Shown here piece after piece: positions 1 through 9,904 of a DNA stretch of 64,000 nt. Position 1 is the first letter of the stretch. Each line of letters begins with the position of its first letter. The stretch comes from a virus (lineage: Duplodnaviria > Heunggongvirae > Uroviricota > Caudoviricetes). Location of the stretch: positions 12,794 through 76,793 of the IMG/VR virus record IMGVR_UViG_3300029850_000274; one strand, 5' to 3'. The translations under genes and the position numbers were made by a program. The notes below the pieces were generated by a model. That model was not told the DNA's origin and searched no databases. It saw only the letters and a program-made list of their open reading frames with translations.

Positions 1-3000
1 CTTTTCCACTCTTTGCTCAATGGCTTGCTTGTTTTTATCCACCTTTAAACTCACATCAGAGATCTCTGATTTGGTAGATAAAATCGCTGTTTGGACATCT
101 TCGGGAGCAGCTGACCATCCTGACGCAGATTGTCCTTTTTCTAGTTTAATGTCCCATAATCTAATTGTGTAAGAATTAGTACCATCTGAATACTGATTAA
201 CTCTAAGTTTATATTTAGTTGTTTTAGGGGCAATAAAAACAGCATATCCTTTTGACATATCCAAAAAAGTATTAGTGTCGTCACTTACAAGCCGCAACCC
301 CACCAATTTTTCTGATGGAGTATGTCCACCTGTATCATGTTTGGTTGCCCAATTACTATCGGTTTTTGCTTGTAATGTGTATTTTTGCTTTGCGCTTAGA
401 TCAATAGAGGTAATGATTTTAGGATATGTTGAATAATCGTCTGTTTTTGAACCAGTACGCTCCAGCGGATTTGATTCTCTATAAGAAGATGTGTTCAGTA
501 ATAAGTTCCTACCATCACCAATATCGCTCACATCATAAATCTTAGCAATACTACACGTATCATAAAAACTACTATCACTAGCCACAGCTCTGAAAGTGAC
601 CATAGTAACAGCATCACTGTATAAACTACTATCTTTGCTAACAGTCAACACATTATTACTGATCGTCAAGCCTTTCTGTCCACTCACAACATCAGCGAAG
701 CTAACTCCACCATCAATACTGTATTGCCATTTACCAAAGCTGATTTCTCCTTGAATAGTAGGTTTGATTGTAATTGTGTATGGTGCAAATGTTTTGCCAC
801 CATCTGTAGACTTGAAGTATTGAGATGAAGGCGTAATAGAGAGGTTTTTTGCGTTGTCACCTTTTTCGCCTCTACTATTTACATAACTAAGTAACTTAAT
901 ATTAACATTTGATCCACTGACGCTTATTACTTGCCATGTACCTGTATTAGAAGAGCCATCAAGTGTTGTGAAAACATCCCCAGCAACTGGCGTTCTATTG
1001 AAATCAGATAATGCAGCTGAAGCTGTACCATTAATAGTTGTATAAGTACCTGTCCAATTTCTTTTACATTGTAGGGCATTGGCTCCCTTATCTCCGTATA
1101 CGCCAATAATTTTAGGTGTGCTGATAGGTTCACTCGTGCCATCACTATATTTTGTCTGATAACAGTTCCATAAATACTTTTTATCAGCAGTTAGTTTTTG
1201 AGTTGTAATGTCTGTACTCCAACCAGAAGTAGAAGAAGTTACTCCAGAGGCTTGAGATGTTGCTAAGTAGTATTGAACTGTTTGGGAAACTCCACGACCT
1301 TCGAGGTCTTTTGGGTGAGGTGCCCAATGGGAAGCAGTAGAACCTTTCTCTAATTGAATATTCCTTACATAAACATCAACTTCAGAACCAGTACCACCAC
1401 CAAAGTAGAAATACAAATAAAAACTACCGTCACTTTCTATTTTGATATTAGACGGGATTATGTGTGTTGTCGATTTTCTCGTCCAGTCTGGAATGGAAGT
1501 TGAATATTTTAATCCGTTGTGTACAGCTGCCCAAGAATTATTATCTGTAGTTGTTGCATGCATAAGACATAAACCATTATTCTTTGTGCCAAAAGTACCT
1601 TTAACATCACAGCTAAAAGTAACAGTGTCACCAACTTTCAAATCCAAAACAGAAGAATTAATTTTTACTCCACGAGAACTATTTGGTGCGCCATTAGAAG
1701 CTGTTGCTTTATAATGCAAACCATTTGTAGTAAATGCAGTTGCAGAAACATTGTTTACAGTTACCATTGAAAAATTTACGTTATTTGGTAGTGAGTTATA
1801 TAAAAATGATGATCCAATAAGTGCATTCCAACTAAACTTCTCCCCATCAACCCCTTTATAACTTACACTATAAGAAGTAGTATCTTTTCCATCACTATAC
1901 TTAACATAAGTCTTAGTCCATAAATACTGTCCTTGATCGCAACTTGGCATTGTCGTACTCCATGTACCCGTAGGAGCAGTAGTACCGCTTGCACTAACTT
2001 GATATGTAACTTCCGTTTTACTTACAGTTACAGAAGTTCCGTTCGTACCGTTTGTACCTTTGTAAGATACACTGTATGCTTCCGTTTTATTACCATCTGA
2101 GTATTGTACTGTAGTTTTAGTCCAGAGATATTGCCCATTATTAACCGTAGGGACAGTAGTTTGCCATGTTCCAGTAGGAGCTGTTGTGCCAGAAGTTGAC
2201 GTTTGATATGTAACTGATTTAGATGTGATTTTTATAGATGTACCATCTTTACCTTGTAATTCATCTGGATGTAAACACCATGGAGATTCTTTATCCTCTT
2301 TTGCGATTTTAAGATTGCTGATCTTGATTTTTCCAGTACCGTCAGTATTGTCAAACCTAATACCAATTTCAAAAATTTTCTTATCAAGTAATGATTGTTT
2401 CATAGTGCAAACCGCAGACAAGTGTTTCTTACCATCAGAAGCAAGAATTTCTGCTTTTGTAGGTTGTACTTTCTGTAATCCTTGTGTAAAAATGTTATCA
2501 TATGACCAGCTATAATCAACAGATCCTTGAAACCAATAATCAAATGTACCACTTGTGCCTTGTGTAAATTGAGTCCATTCAAGGTCACAAGAAATAACAA
2601 ATTTATCTCCTTCTTTTAGTGTTTGACCAGATAAATCTAATTTATTAAATAACGTTGTTTGATTTGTTAAATTTCCTTTAGGTGTAAACTCCTTAGCAGT
2701 TCCAGTACCTTTTAGTAAGTTCCAAGCAAAATTACTTCCGTCTTCACCCTTAACACCCTGAGGTCCCTGTTTTCCACAACTCCAAGAAAACTGTTTTTTA
2801 ACAGTCTGTCCATCAAGTGTAATAGGGATCTCAATAACTCCTGTATCGGCACCAATAGTAGTGTCAGCACTCACACTAAATGTAACTCTTTTACTACTCT
2901 TACTGACAGTGATTCCACTGCCAGAAGTAATATTTCCAATCGTGTAATCAGTCCGTTCCTGACTACCACGAATAACAATAATGTCTGTATAGTAACTTTG

Positions 3001-3123
3001 TGCGGAAGTTACTTTTCTATTTGAATCTGTGGCAAATTGCTGTGCTTCATTTGTTAACATGACTGTGAAAGGTTCCGTCACGTTAACAAATGTGCCTTCC
3101 GCCCAAGCAATAGTTTTATTCAC
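1..3123 (-). CDS. Tail fibre / receptor-binding protein, 3' end outside window (not in ORF track)
   Basis: GTG at 3123 after AAGGAGG; frame reads as sense in the segments translated by hand down to base 1 (...DVSLKVDKNKQAIEQRVEK); short GxxG linkers, repeated VTYQxSxSGTTAPTGTW..YLWTKT units, three NLL...W.xxPED-type modules. Confidence 0.8.
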   Translation of the reverse strand, partial: MNKTIAWAEGTFVNVTEPFTVMLTNEAQQFATDSNRKVTSAQSYYTDIIVIRGSQERTDYTIGNITSGSGITVSKSSKRVTFSVSADTTIGADTGVIEIPITLDGQTVKKQFSWSCGKQGPQGVKGEDGSNFAWNLLKGTGTAKEFTPKGNLTNQTTLFNKLDLSGQTLKEGDKFVISCDLEWTQFTQGTSGTFDYWFQGSVDYSWSYDNIFTQGLQKVQPTKAEILASDGKKHLSAVCTMKQSLLDKKIFEIGIRFDNTDGTGKIKISNLKIAKEDKESPWCLHPDELQGKDGTSIKITSKSVTYQTSTSGTTAPTGTWQTTVPTVNNGQYLWTKTTVQYSDGNKTEAYSVSYKGTNGTNGTSVTVSKTEVTYQVSASGTTAPTGTWSTTMPSCDQGQYLWTKTYVKYSDGKDTTSYSVSYKGVDGEKFSWNALIGSSFLYNSLPNNVNFSMVTVNNVSATAFTTNGLHYKATASNGAPNSSRGVKINSSVLDLKVGDTVTFSCDVKGTFGTKNNGLCLMHATTTDNNSWAAVHNGLKYSTSIPDWTRKSTTHIIPSNIKIESDGSFYLYFYFGGGTGSEVDVYVRNIQLEKGSTASHWAPHPKDLEGRGVSQTVQYYLATSQASGVTSSTSGWSTDITTQKLTADKKYLWNCYQTKYSDGTSEPISTPKIIGVYGDKGANALQCKRNWTGTYTTINGTASAALSDFNRTPVAGDVFTTLDGSSNTGTWQVISVSGSNVNIKLLSYVNSRGEKGDNAKNLSITPSSQYFKSTDGGKTFAPYTITIKPTIQGEISFGKWQYSIDGGVSFADVVSGQKGLTISNNVLTVSKDSSLYSDAVTMVTFRAVASDSSFYDTCSIAKIYDVSDIGDGRNLLLNTSSYRESNPLERTGSKTDDYSTYPKIITSIDLSAKQKYTLQAKTDSNWATKHDTGGHTPSEKLVGLRLVSDDTNTFLDMSKGYAVFIAPKTTKYKLRVNQYSDGTNSYTIRLWDIKLEKGQSASGWSAAPEDVQTAILSTKSEISDVSLKVDKNKQAIEQRVEK

Positions 3124-3197
3124 GTATAATTTCCTCCTTTATTTAAGCACAGAATCAAAAAAGCAATGATCCTGTGCTTAAACACCTACCATTGCTT

Positions 3198-5663
3198 TTA
3201 AGGTTCTGAAATTTCTACATCAAAACTCATTGTTCCTTGAATTACTGAACTATCTACAAAGATAGCTTTCCCTGTTGCATAAGGAGTTGTTGTATCAAGT
3301 GATTCTCCTTGTGCATTTTTTCTATACCACTTATATGTTAATGTTGCCTGATCACTGGATGGAGCGGCTGCCCATTTAGAACCATCGTATTTCATTAAAG
3401 TTACAGTTTTTGCAGACGTATTTACCGCATAATAAAAATCTCCACTTGTAGGATTGCTAGGTGCTTTTGTTAAGAAATCAGTTGATTTAGGAGCATCAAT
3501 TTCCACTCCATTTCTTAAAACTTGAATCCATGCTCCACCTGTTCCTTGTCCATTTTTAATTGTCATAGGGATAGAACTTCTTAATGTAGCTGTACATGGG
3601 TCTGTTTTATCCTGAACCACACTATATGCGTTATAAGTTTTTCCACCATAGACTGCGGAAACTCTAAAGGACGCAAATGAATCAATCATATCTGGCGTTA
3701 CTGTCAATGTAGATTGTGTTTTACCCTCAAGATTTGTATATCCCTTTCCTGTAAATTTTGCCCATTGATAACTCGAAGCAGTTACAGCGGTTGTTCCATT
3801 TTGTAATAAAGTTTGTAGGACAACATTATTGTTACCATTATAAATTAACCCATCTCCCTGAGGGTAAGCCTGTAACAATACAGCACTTGTACCATTTAGT
3901 GCCTGTACAGATTTAGACCATGAAAATTTAAAAGTTCTTGTTACTGAAGCAGCTGTAATTGTAATTGTAATTTCTCCTGAGTTGGCTGTACTAGATAGTA
4001 CTGCGCCCTTTACAACAGTTAGTACAATTGCCCCATCAGCAGAAGCCGTAGCTGCTGTATTTGTTTTTAGTGTTACTCCACTAGGTAATGTTCCAACAGC
4101 TGCTGTTCCTGCAACTCTGACTCCACCTTTATTACATTCAAATGGAATTGTAATATCTCTAGCTTCCTTAGATTTTCCACCTGTATCGCAAGGGATACTA
4201 TCATGAAAGTTTCCTAAGTTTACTGCAACCGCATCCTTACCAGCTGCACCAGTTTCACCTTTATGACCATCAGGGACAACAGCAACAGTCTGACTATCTA
4301 AAAGTTGTGTTGTATTTCCAGATACATAAAGTTCTGCTTTAATGATTTTCACAGATGTTGAAGATGGAGTATATGTAATAGCAGTTTGATCAGATGAAGA
4401 AGTGTATTTTAGGTTATATTGTGTTCCATCTGTTGTTTCGTATACTTTAAATCTACCAGAATATGCTGCCGCAACCGTAGCATTTCCAACTCTTTTTGTC
4501 CCAGAAAATTTAACACTTGTTGGAACATAGACATCAGAAGCATTTAATTTCATAACCGCAACATCAGATGAAATTTCGAAGATTTGTGCATCTTTTCCAT
4601 CGGCTCCAGATGTATCTTTATGTATATTGAATCGTCTTGTGATAGTAGCACATCCGGTTTTTGTTGCAATAAATTCAACGTATCCTGACATTACTGTTAA
4701 GCCTGTAACAGTATATTTGTGTGTGTCAGAATCAAAAGATCCTGTTACACCTGTACTTGGAGTAGCTGTGATATTCCAGTTTGCGGTATCGTCGTTACCA
4801 CCTTTCCAGATAGCCATTGCAGAATCACATCCTGTGAAGGCACCTGTTTTTGGAGTGCCTGAAGAAGTACAAGAAACAGAAAATACATCATTAGTCATTT
4901 GACAAGTATAAGTATCGCTACCTGCGGCACCATCTCGCACATTTTGAATCTGATGAATATCAATTAGCCCGTCCATGTTTGTAACGAGTTTAATTGTTGC
5001 AACTTCATTGAAGAATACAGCATCAGTGTTTTTGACAGTTAATGTAGTGCTTGTCCCAGAGTTTGGATAAACCGCATAAGACCCATCTGCTTTTTTATAT
5101 TGCCATTGTTTTAATGTACAATTTGTTAAGTTGGCTGTTAATACAATAGAAGAAGCAGATACTAATTTTCCAGAACCATTATATTTAAATGAAGTTTCAC
5201 CTGTAATAGAACATTCTGAAAGCTCCAATGCATTCTTGTTAAGACTGAATGTGATCTGCTGTTGTGTTTCTGCTACAAGTTTTGTATCTGGATCTGTATA
5301 AGTAATTGTACAAATATACGATAAAAGCTCCACAGATCCAGCAACCATCATATTTTTACTTACATTTAATACACCAGAAGAAACAGTCTCGCCTGTTACC
5401 AAATTTGTAGCCGATCCAGAACCCACTCTACGTTGCCAAATGATTGACATTCCATTTGCGTTTGGTGCAACTCTTTCATTGTCCACAAGAATTACTGGTG
5501 TGATAGTTAATTTATTTGTTCCCCAGTCTGGTGCATAGTTCTGAGCTTGGTTCGGATCGTATTGTATTGTCAATGGCTGATTATAATTTAAATAAGCCTG
5601 AATCTGCTTTCCATCTGTTAAATCGACAAAGGTGCCCTCTGTCCATGCTAGTATTTTCCCCAT
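3198..5663 (-). CDS. Tail/baseplate structural protein with Ig-like beta-rich repeats
   Basis: 821 aa, Thr/Ser/Gly-rich, AAGGAGG RBS; N-terminus ILAWTEGTFV resembles that of the downstream fibre (TIAWAEGTFV). Confidence 0.7.
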   Translation of the reverse strand: MGKILAWTEGTFVDLTDGKQIQAYLNYNQPLTIQYDPNQAQNYAPDWGTNKLTITPVILVDNERVAPNANGMSIIWQRRVGSGSATNLVTGETVSSGVLNVSKNMMVAGSVELLSYICTITYTDPDTKLVAETQQQITFSLNKNALELSECSITGETSFKYNGSGKLVSASSIVLTANLTNCTLKQWQYKKADGSYAVYPNSGTSTTLTVKNTDAVFFNEVATIKLVTNMDGLIDIHQIQNVRDGAAGSDTYTCQMTNDVFSVSCTSSGTPKTGAFTGCDSAMAIWKGGNDDTANWNITATPSTGVTGSFDSDTHKYTVTGLTVMSGYVEFIATKTGCATITRRFNIHKDTSGADGKDAQIFEISSDVAVMKLNASDVYVPTSVKFSGTKRVGNATVAAAYSGRFKVYETTDGTQYNLKYTSSSDQTAITYTPSSTSVKIIKAELYVSGNTTQLLDSQTVAVVPDGHKGETGAAGKDAVAVNLGNFHDSIPCDTGGKSKEARDITIPFECNKGGVRVAGTAAVGTLPSGVTLKTNTAATASADGAIVLTVVKGAVLSSTANSGEITITITAASVTRTFKFSWSKSVQALNGTSAVLLQAYPQGDGLIYNGNNNVVLQTLLQNGTTAVTASSYQWAKFTGKGYTNLEGKTQSTLTVTPDMIDSFASFRVSAVYGGKTYNAYSVVQDKTDPCTATLRSSIPMTIKNGQGTGGAWIQVLRNGVEIDAPKSTDFLTKAPSNPTSGDFYYAVNTSAKTVTLMKYDGSKWAAAPSSDQATLTYKWYRKNAQGESLDTTTPYATGKAIFVDSSVIQGTMSFDVEISEP

Positions 5664-5684
5664 ATAGGTTATTTCCTCCTTTAA

Positions 5685-8600
5685 TTAATTTGTTGATGCG
5701 ACAGTTTCTCCATCAACCACAAAAAGCAGCTTAATAGCTGCTCCAAAATATATATCGTCTCTAGTTATAGTTATTTGTTTTTTTCCTTTATGAGCTTCAT
5801 TCCAATAAGAATCTCCACTCGTATCTCTCGATTCTCTTTTCCATGCAAAATGAGATTCATCCCATTCGTCTGTAACATCTTGTCCATCTTTAGTTAAATG
5901 AGCAGTTGCTACTGTTTCATTAATTCCTCTACCAAGTGTTCTGCCAGCAGAAGTGGTCATGAAGATTTCATATCCCATTTCATCCATCTTAGTATCCCAG
6001 TCATCTAATGTACTATTTACACTTTCCTTAAATGTCGCATACTCAGCTCCCCACAAACCGCCTTTACCATCATAAATCTGTGTAATATCAACTCCGCCTT
6101 GTGCGTTCGCTTCAACGATAGGGAAGTTCAGCTTATCCTTAGATATAGATTTATCTCCAAGCATATTATTCACAATCAGCCCATCAGCAATCGCATCCTT
6201 AGTAATACCTTGACTTGTCATGATCGTTGCGCCTTTATCGTCTTTGATAATAATGCTAGGATTTTTGTTTGTATCATAACCGATCTGGATTCCAACATTG
6301 CCCTTAGTATCTAAAAACTGCATGGCAGACCCGTTCATTATAAAGTTGCCGTTCTCAGATAAGATTCGCATTGTGTCAGAGATTGTAATATCGCCTGCGG
6401 CTAAGTCACCGATCGTCATTTTCCCTGCGATTCCGTTTATGATCCATGCACTGTCAAACTTTGCATTTGCTGAGGAAAGGTTGAATACAATACCTGTTTC
6501 TGTAGAAGAAGTACCGATGATTGCAGAGTTAATATTGGCAACGTCTGTGTTTAACTTTTTAATATCAGCCGAATTAGCAGCAATATATTCTGAGTTAATA
6601 TATTTGCTAAACAACTCATTAAACTCAGCTTTGTTACCTGTGATATTCCCGACATTAATTACTTTATAATTCAGATAATCTCCAAACAGTTTATTAATTG
6701 TTCCTTGATCGCTTAATACATTTTGTACACTATTGTTCACTGCATTTCCAAACAAAGAACTGTTCGTCATTCTCTGAAGCATGTTAGTCATATACTCAAC
6801 AGAATCTTTAGAGTCGCCCGTTCCGACAGAAATACTATTTTTCTGAGAAGCAGCAGTATCGTCAAATAGATAAGAGAAATCATCCCTACCTGTTAGACTC
6901 GTGATCATGTTAGTATACGTCACACTAATTTCCGAACTTTTTGTGCAAGGATTGTATGCAATTGTCAATAATCTCAATTTAACTGCATAATCATCACGCA
7001 CACCAACTCGAATAAAATTACCGACCGTAAACTGATTATGCCAACCTTGTTTATTATCTGAATTTACGTCTGCATATTCATTTAATGAAAGAATGTTATC
7101 GAGAGAAGTCTCAATCTGATATTGTGGTTGAGAAGTTTCAGAGATACGTTTTAATCCATCTTGATATAATTCTTCGCAATGCTCGTAAGATGTGATTGCG
7201 TCGTCAAGAGAAGTAGTAAAGATATTATTGTTTGTATAATCTCCCATACGAACAATATTCATGACAGCAGTATATTCTTTATCTGTCAATCCAAATTGCG
7301 GATCATTAAGTTCAGAATGAGTATTCATATCTGTCATTACATCGTCATATGGTTTCTTCTGAGTTTCAAGTTCATCGACCTGTGCATTTAACTCTTTTAA
7401 TTTATATAAAAGTGAACCTTCTGTATTTTCATCTCCAAGCCAATTTTTGTACTTAATAAAATTCTTATGGAATACATTGTAAGTTTTCTCATCCTTTACG
7501 CCAGCCTTACTAATTTCTTCATCAGTAAGTTGATTCCATTCTTTTTGATATGCAGCAAGAATATCTAAAATCTGTTTTTTGTATTCGTCACGTTTGCCTT
7601 CAAGTTCTTTGATTCCATATAAATCCCAGTTTGATTCAAATTCATCATTATAATCAATCTTCTTATCATCGGCTAAATGCAAGTTTTGAATTGCTACCTT
7701 AATATTTGGAATAATATAATCTCTTAATTCTTGATATGTATAATATCCTTTATTACTTTCTTTTAGTAAAGCAAGATATTTTTCATGATCAACTTCGCCA
7801 GAAGAAGTAGTCCAAGGTTTATAGACACGATTCTGAATATCATCTGGTTTATCCCATTTTGTATAATTTCCGTTTGAATCTTTCTCATGATCATCTCTTG
7901 CATCAACACTTACTTGGATTGTAGTAAGCATCTGCTCATACATTTTTAGAGCTTTCTCAAGAGTTTCTTGATCCATTGTTTTATATTGAGCAATCTGAAT
8001 ACCATCATTTGGTACACGATAGTAAATTTCATCTATCTTTGCCTGATATTCCGCAGACTTCTTTCCGTTCTCAATATATTTAGCGTGGTTATCAATTTGC
8101 CACTTTTGCCATGTTTTGATCTTATCAATAGTTTCTTGAGGAAAATAGTTTGTAGTCAAATAATAATCAAGATTATAAATCTGACTTCGACCATAATTGA
8201 CTCTCGTAATATCTAACTCTTCATCACCTTGAATTGTCAGAGCATTATACATTGTATCTGTCTGCGGAGTCATTTTGAGCATATTAAGTGCATTACGCCA
8301 TCCAATGAAGATATTCGTGTCTTTTCCTATGTTTTCTTTTGCATACGCACTTACCGTTCTATTGATTGTATCGAAATAAAATACGCATTTTACAACATTG
8401 GCTACAGTTGTGTTAAGGAACGCATAAGCGTTGGTATTATCTGCCTCAAACGAATATTTTTCATTCTTTATTGCAGGATCGATATAACCGACACTCCATC
8501 CTGGAACTCTGTCTAATACTAAATGCATGAGCGATAATTCGTGGTTTCTATCGTTGCAGAATGTGATATATTCTTTCGCATAACCCATATCGTCTACATT

Positions 8601-8990
8601 ATTTGTAGCCAACATTTCCATAGAATCGGTTGTACCTTTGTTGAAAGACAAACCTTTCATATCTTTATCTTCAAAGGTTTTTTCATCAGAATATGCTTCA
8701 CATGCCTTGTATTCATATCTGCCATTATCATTCTGTAAAGTAGGCTCTTGAAGCTGAAAATAGTCAAGCCCTTCAAGATAAATCGTCATGTGGTCTTTTA
8801 ATTTCTCATAGCCAGCAGATTCAACGTACTCACCATCAATATCTATATATCTGTCTACATTAAATGTAAGATGGTTAAAGTCTTTTAGTTGCTGTTCGTA
8901 TTCCACACTGTTGATCTGTACTCCATTTAAAGCACAGATAACAGTTCTGTCAGGACGGCATAAATAAATTTTTGAATTGTGTTTAATCAT
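5685..8990 (-). CDS. Tail hub / Tal-like minor tail protein
   Basis: 1101 aa directly after Dit; TMP-Dit-Tal synteny; coiled coil then beta-rich C-terminus. Confidence 0.7.
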   Translation of the reverse strand: MIKHNSKIYLCRPDRTVICALNGVQINSVEYEQQLKDFNHLTFNVDRYIDIDGEYVESAGYEKLKDHMTIYLEGLDYFQLQEPTLQNDNGRYEYKACEAYSDEKTFEDKDMKGLSFNKGTTDSMEMLATNNVDDMGYAKEYITFCNDRNHELSLMHLVLDRVPGWSVGYIDPAIKNEKYSFEADNTNAYAFLNTTVANVVKCVFYFDTINRTVSAYAKENIGKDTNIFIGWRNALNMLKMTPQTDTMYNALTIQGDEELDITRVNYGRSQIYNLDYYLTTNYFPQETIDKIKTWQKWQIDNHAKYIENGKKSAEYQAKIDEIYYRVPNDGIQIAQYKTMDQETLEKALKMYEQMLTTIQVSVDARDDHEKDSNGNYTKWDKPDDIQNRVYKPWTTSSGEVDHEKYLALLKESNKGYYTYQELRDYIIPNIKVAIQNLHLADDKKIDYNDEFESNWDLYGIKELEGKRDEYKKQILDILAAYQKEWNQLTDEEISKAGVKDEKTYNVFHKNFIKYKNWLGDENTEGSLLYKLKELNAQVDELETQKKPYDDVMTDMNTHSELNDPQFGLTDKEYTAVMNIVRMGDYTNNNIFTTSLDDAITSYEHCEELYQDGLKRISETSQPQYQIETSLDNILSLNEYADVNSDNKQGWHNQFTVGNFIRVGVRDDYAVKLRLLTIAYNPCTKSSEISVTYTNMITSLTGRDDFSYLFDDTAASQKNSISVGTGDSKDSVEYMTNMLQRMTNSSLFGNAVNNSVQNVLSDQGTINKLFGDYLNYKVINVGNITGNKAEFNELFSKYINSEYIAANSADIKKLNTDVANINSAIIGTSSTETGIVFNLSSANAKFDSAWIINGIAGKMTIGDLAAGDITISDTMRILSENGNFIMNGSAMQFLDTKGNVGIQIGYDTNKNPSIIIKDDKGATIMTSQGITKDAIADGLIVNNMLGDKSISKDKLNFPIVEANAQGGVDITQIYDGKGGLWGAEYATFKESVNSTLDDWDTKMDEMGYEIFMTTSAGRTLGRGINETVATAHLTKDGQDVTDEWDESHFAWKRESRDTSGDSYWNEAHKGKKQITITRDDIYFGAAIKLLFVVDGETVASTN

Positions 8991-9802
8991 AACAGATCAC
9001 CGATCCGTTTCTGTGGCACATCAAACTCAATTTTATAAGTACACGCACCTGTAATACTTATCACATTATATCCATCATGTAGTTTAAGCCACGAAATATT
9101 TCCGACATCAGCCCATCCAATATCTTCAAAATTAGTCAACCCTGTTACAGTTCCATCTGTTACCATACAATGTTTACAATCAATGCATACTGGTAAAGTA
9201 GGTCTGCACAGTACCGACATAGAGTTTTCATCACGAACTTCGATTGTTACTGTTTGACTTGTCTGAGAAGTGATCGTCACCTTTGGATAAATCTCATACT
9301 CCGTATCGTCACTATCTACGAAGATGTTTGTTGAGAATTTATTACTTGTTGCGACTTCCCCAGAAATCTCATAGTGTTTCCATATAAATGGTGTGTCACA
9401 AACGAAACTGCATTGAACTGCATCAAGCAGCCCAAGTTTGCATGTGATCATTTTCCATCCAATATTCTGAAAGATTCCTCTGTAAATGACAGTTTCTTTA
9501 TCATCTGCAATTCCTGTCAATGGTTTTACAAGAGTAGGAGAAGTCAGCCATTTATTGATCTTTCTCTGCTCTGAATTTGTAAATCCATGTCCGTTTTCTT
9601 TTACGAGGTAAAATTCATATGTGCTCTCATCAGAATACATTGCACCATAATGATTTGTCTCCTGACGTAACATTGTTTTTTCACCTTTAACAATCTCTCG
9701 TGAAAATCCCGTGATGTCATTTGTCACATCAAACTGCACGACCATCAGAGGTGTATCTAAGATTGTTTTTGTAGATTGTCCATTATATTCAAATGACAAC
9801 AT
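8987..9802 (-). CDS. Distal tail protein (Dit)
   Basis: Start MLSFEYNG at 9802 after AAAGGAG; WLTSP, CDTPF, LHDGYNVI motifs; follows tape measure gene. Confidence 0.75.
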   Translation of the reverse strand: MLSFEYNGQSTKTILDTPLMVVQFDVTNDITGFSREIVKGEKTMLRQETNHYGAMYSDESTYEFYLVKENGHGFTNSEQRKINKWLTSPTLVKPLTGIADDKETVIYRGIFQNIGWKMITCKLGLLDAVQCSFVCDTPFIWKHYEISGEVATSNKFSTNIFVDSDDTEYEIYPKVTITSQTSQTVTIEVRDENSMSVLCRPTLPVCIDCKHCMVTDGTVTGLTNFEDIGWADVGNISWLKLHDGYNVISITGACTYKIEFDVPQKRIGDLL

Positions 9803-9904
9803 ATATGTAATCTCCTTTCTGTATAAATTTTTGCATAAAAATAACAGGCAAGAGTGCGTATTTCTACGCACCGCTCAACCTGTTTCTTCCTTATTATATA
9901 AGGT

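Noticed and set aside
1..5663. Diversity-generating retroelement or shufflon in the fibre genes
   Set aside because: No reverse transcriptase, template/variable repeat pair or inverted crossover sites seen
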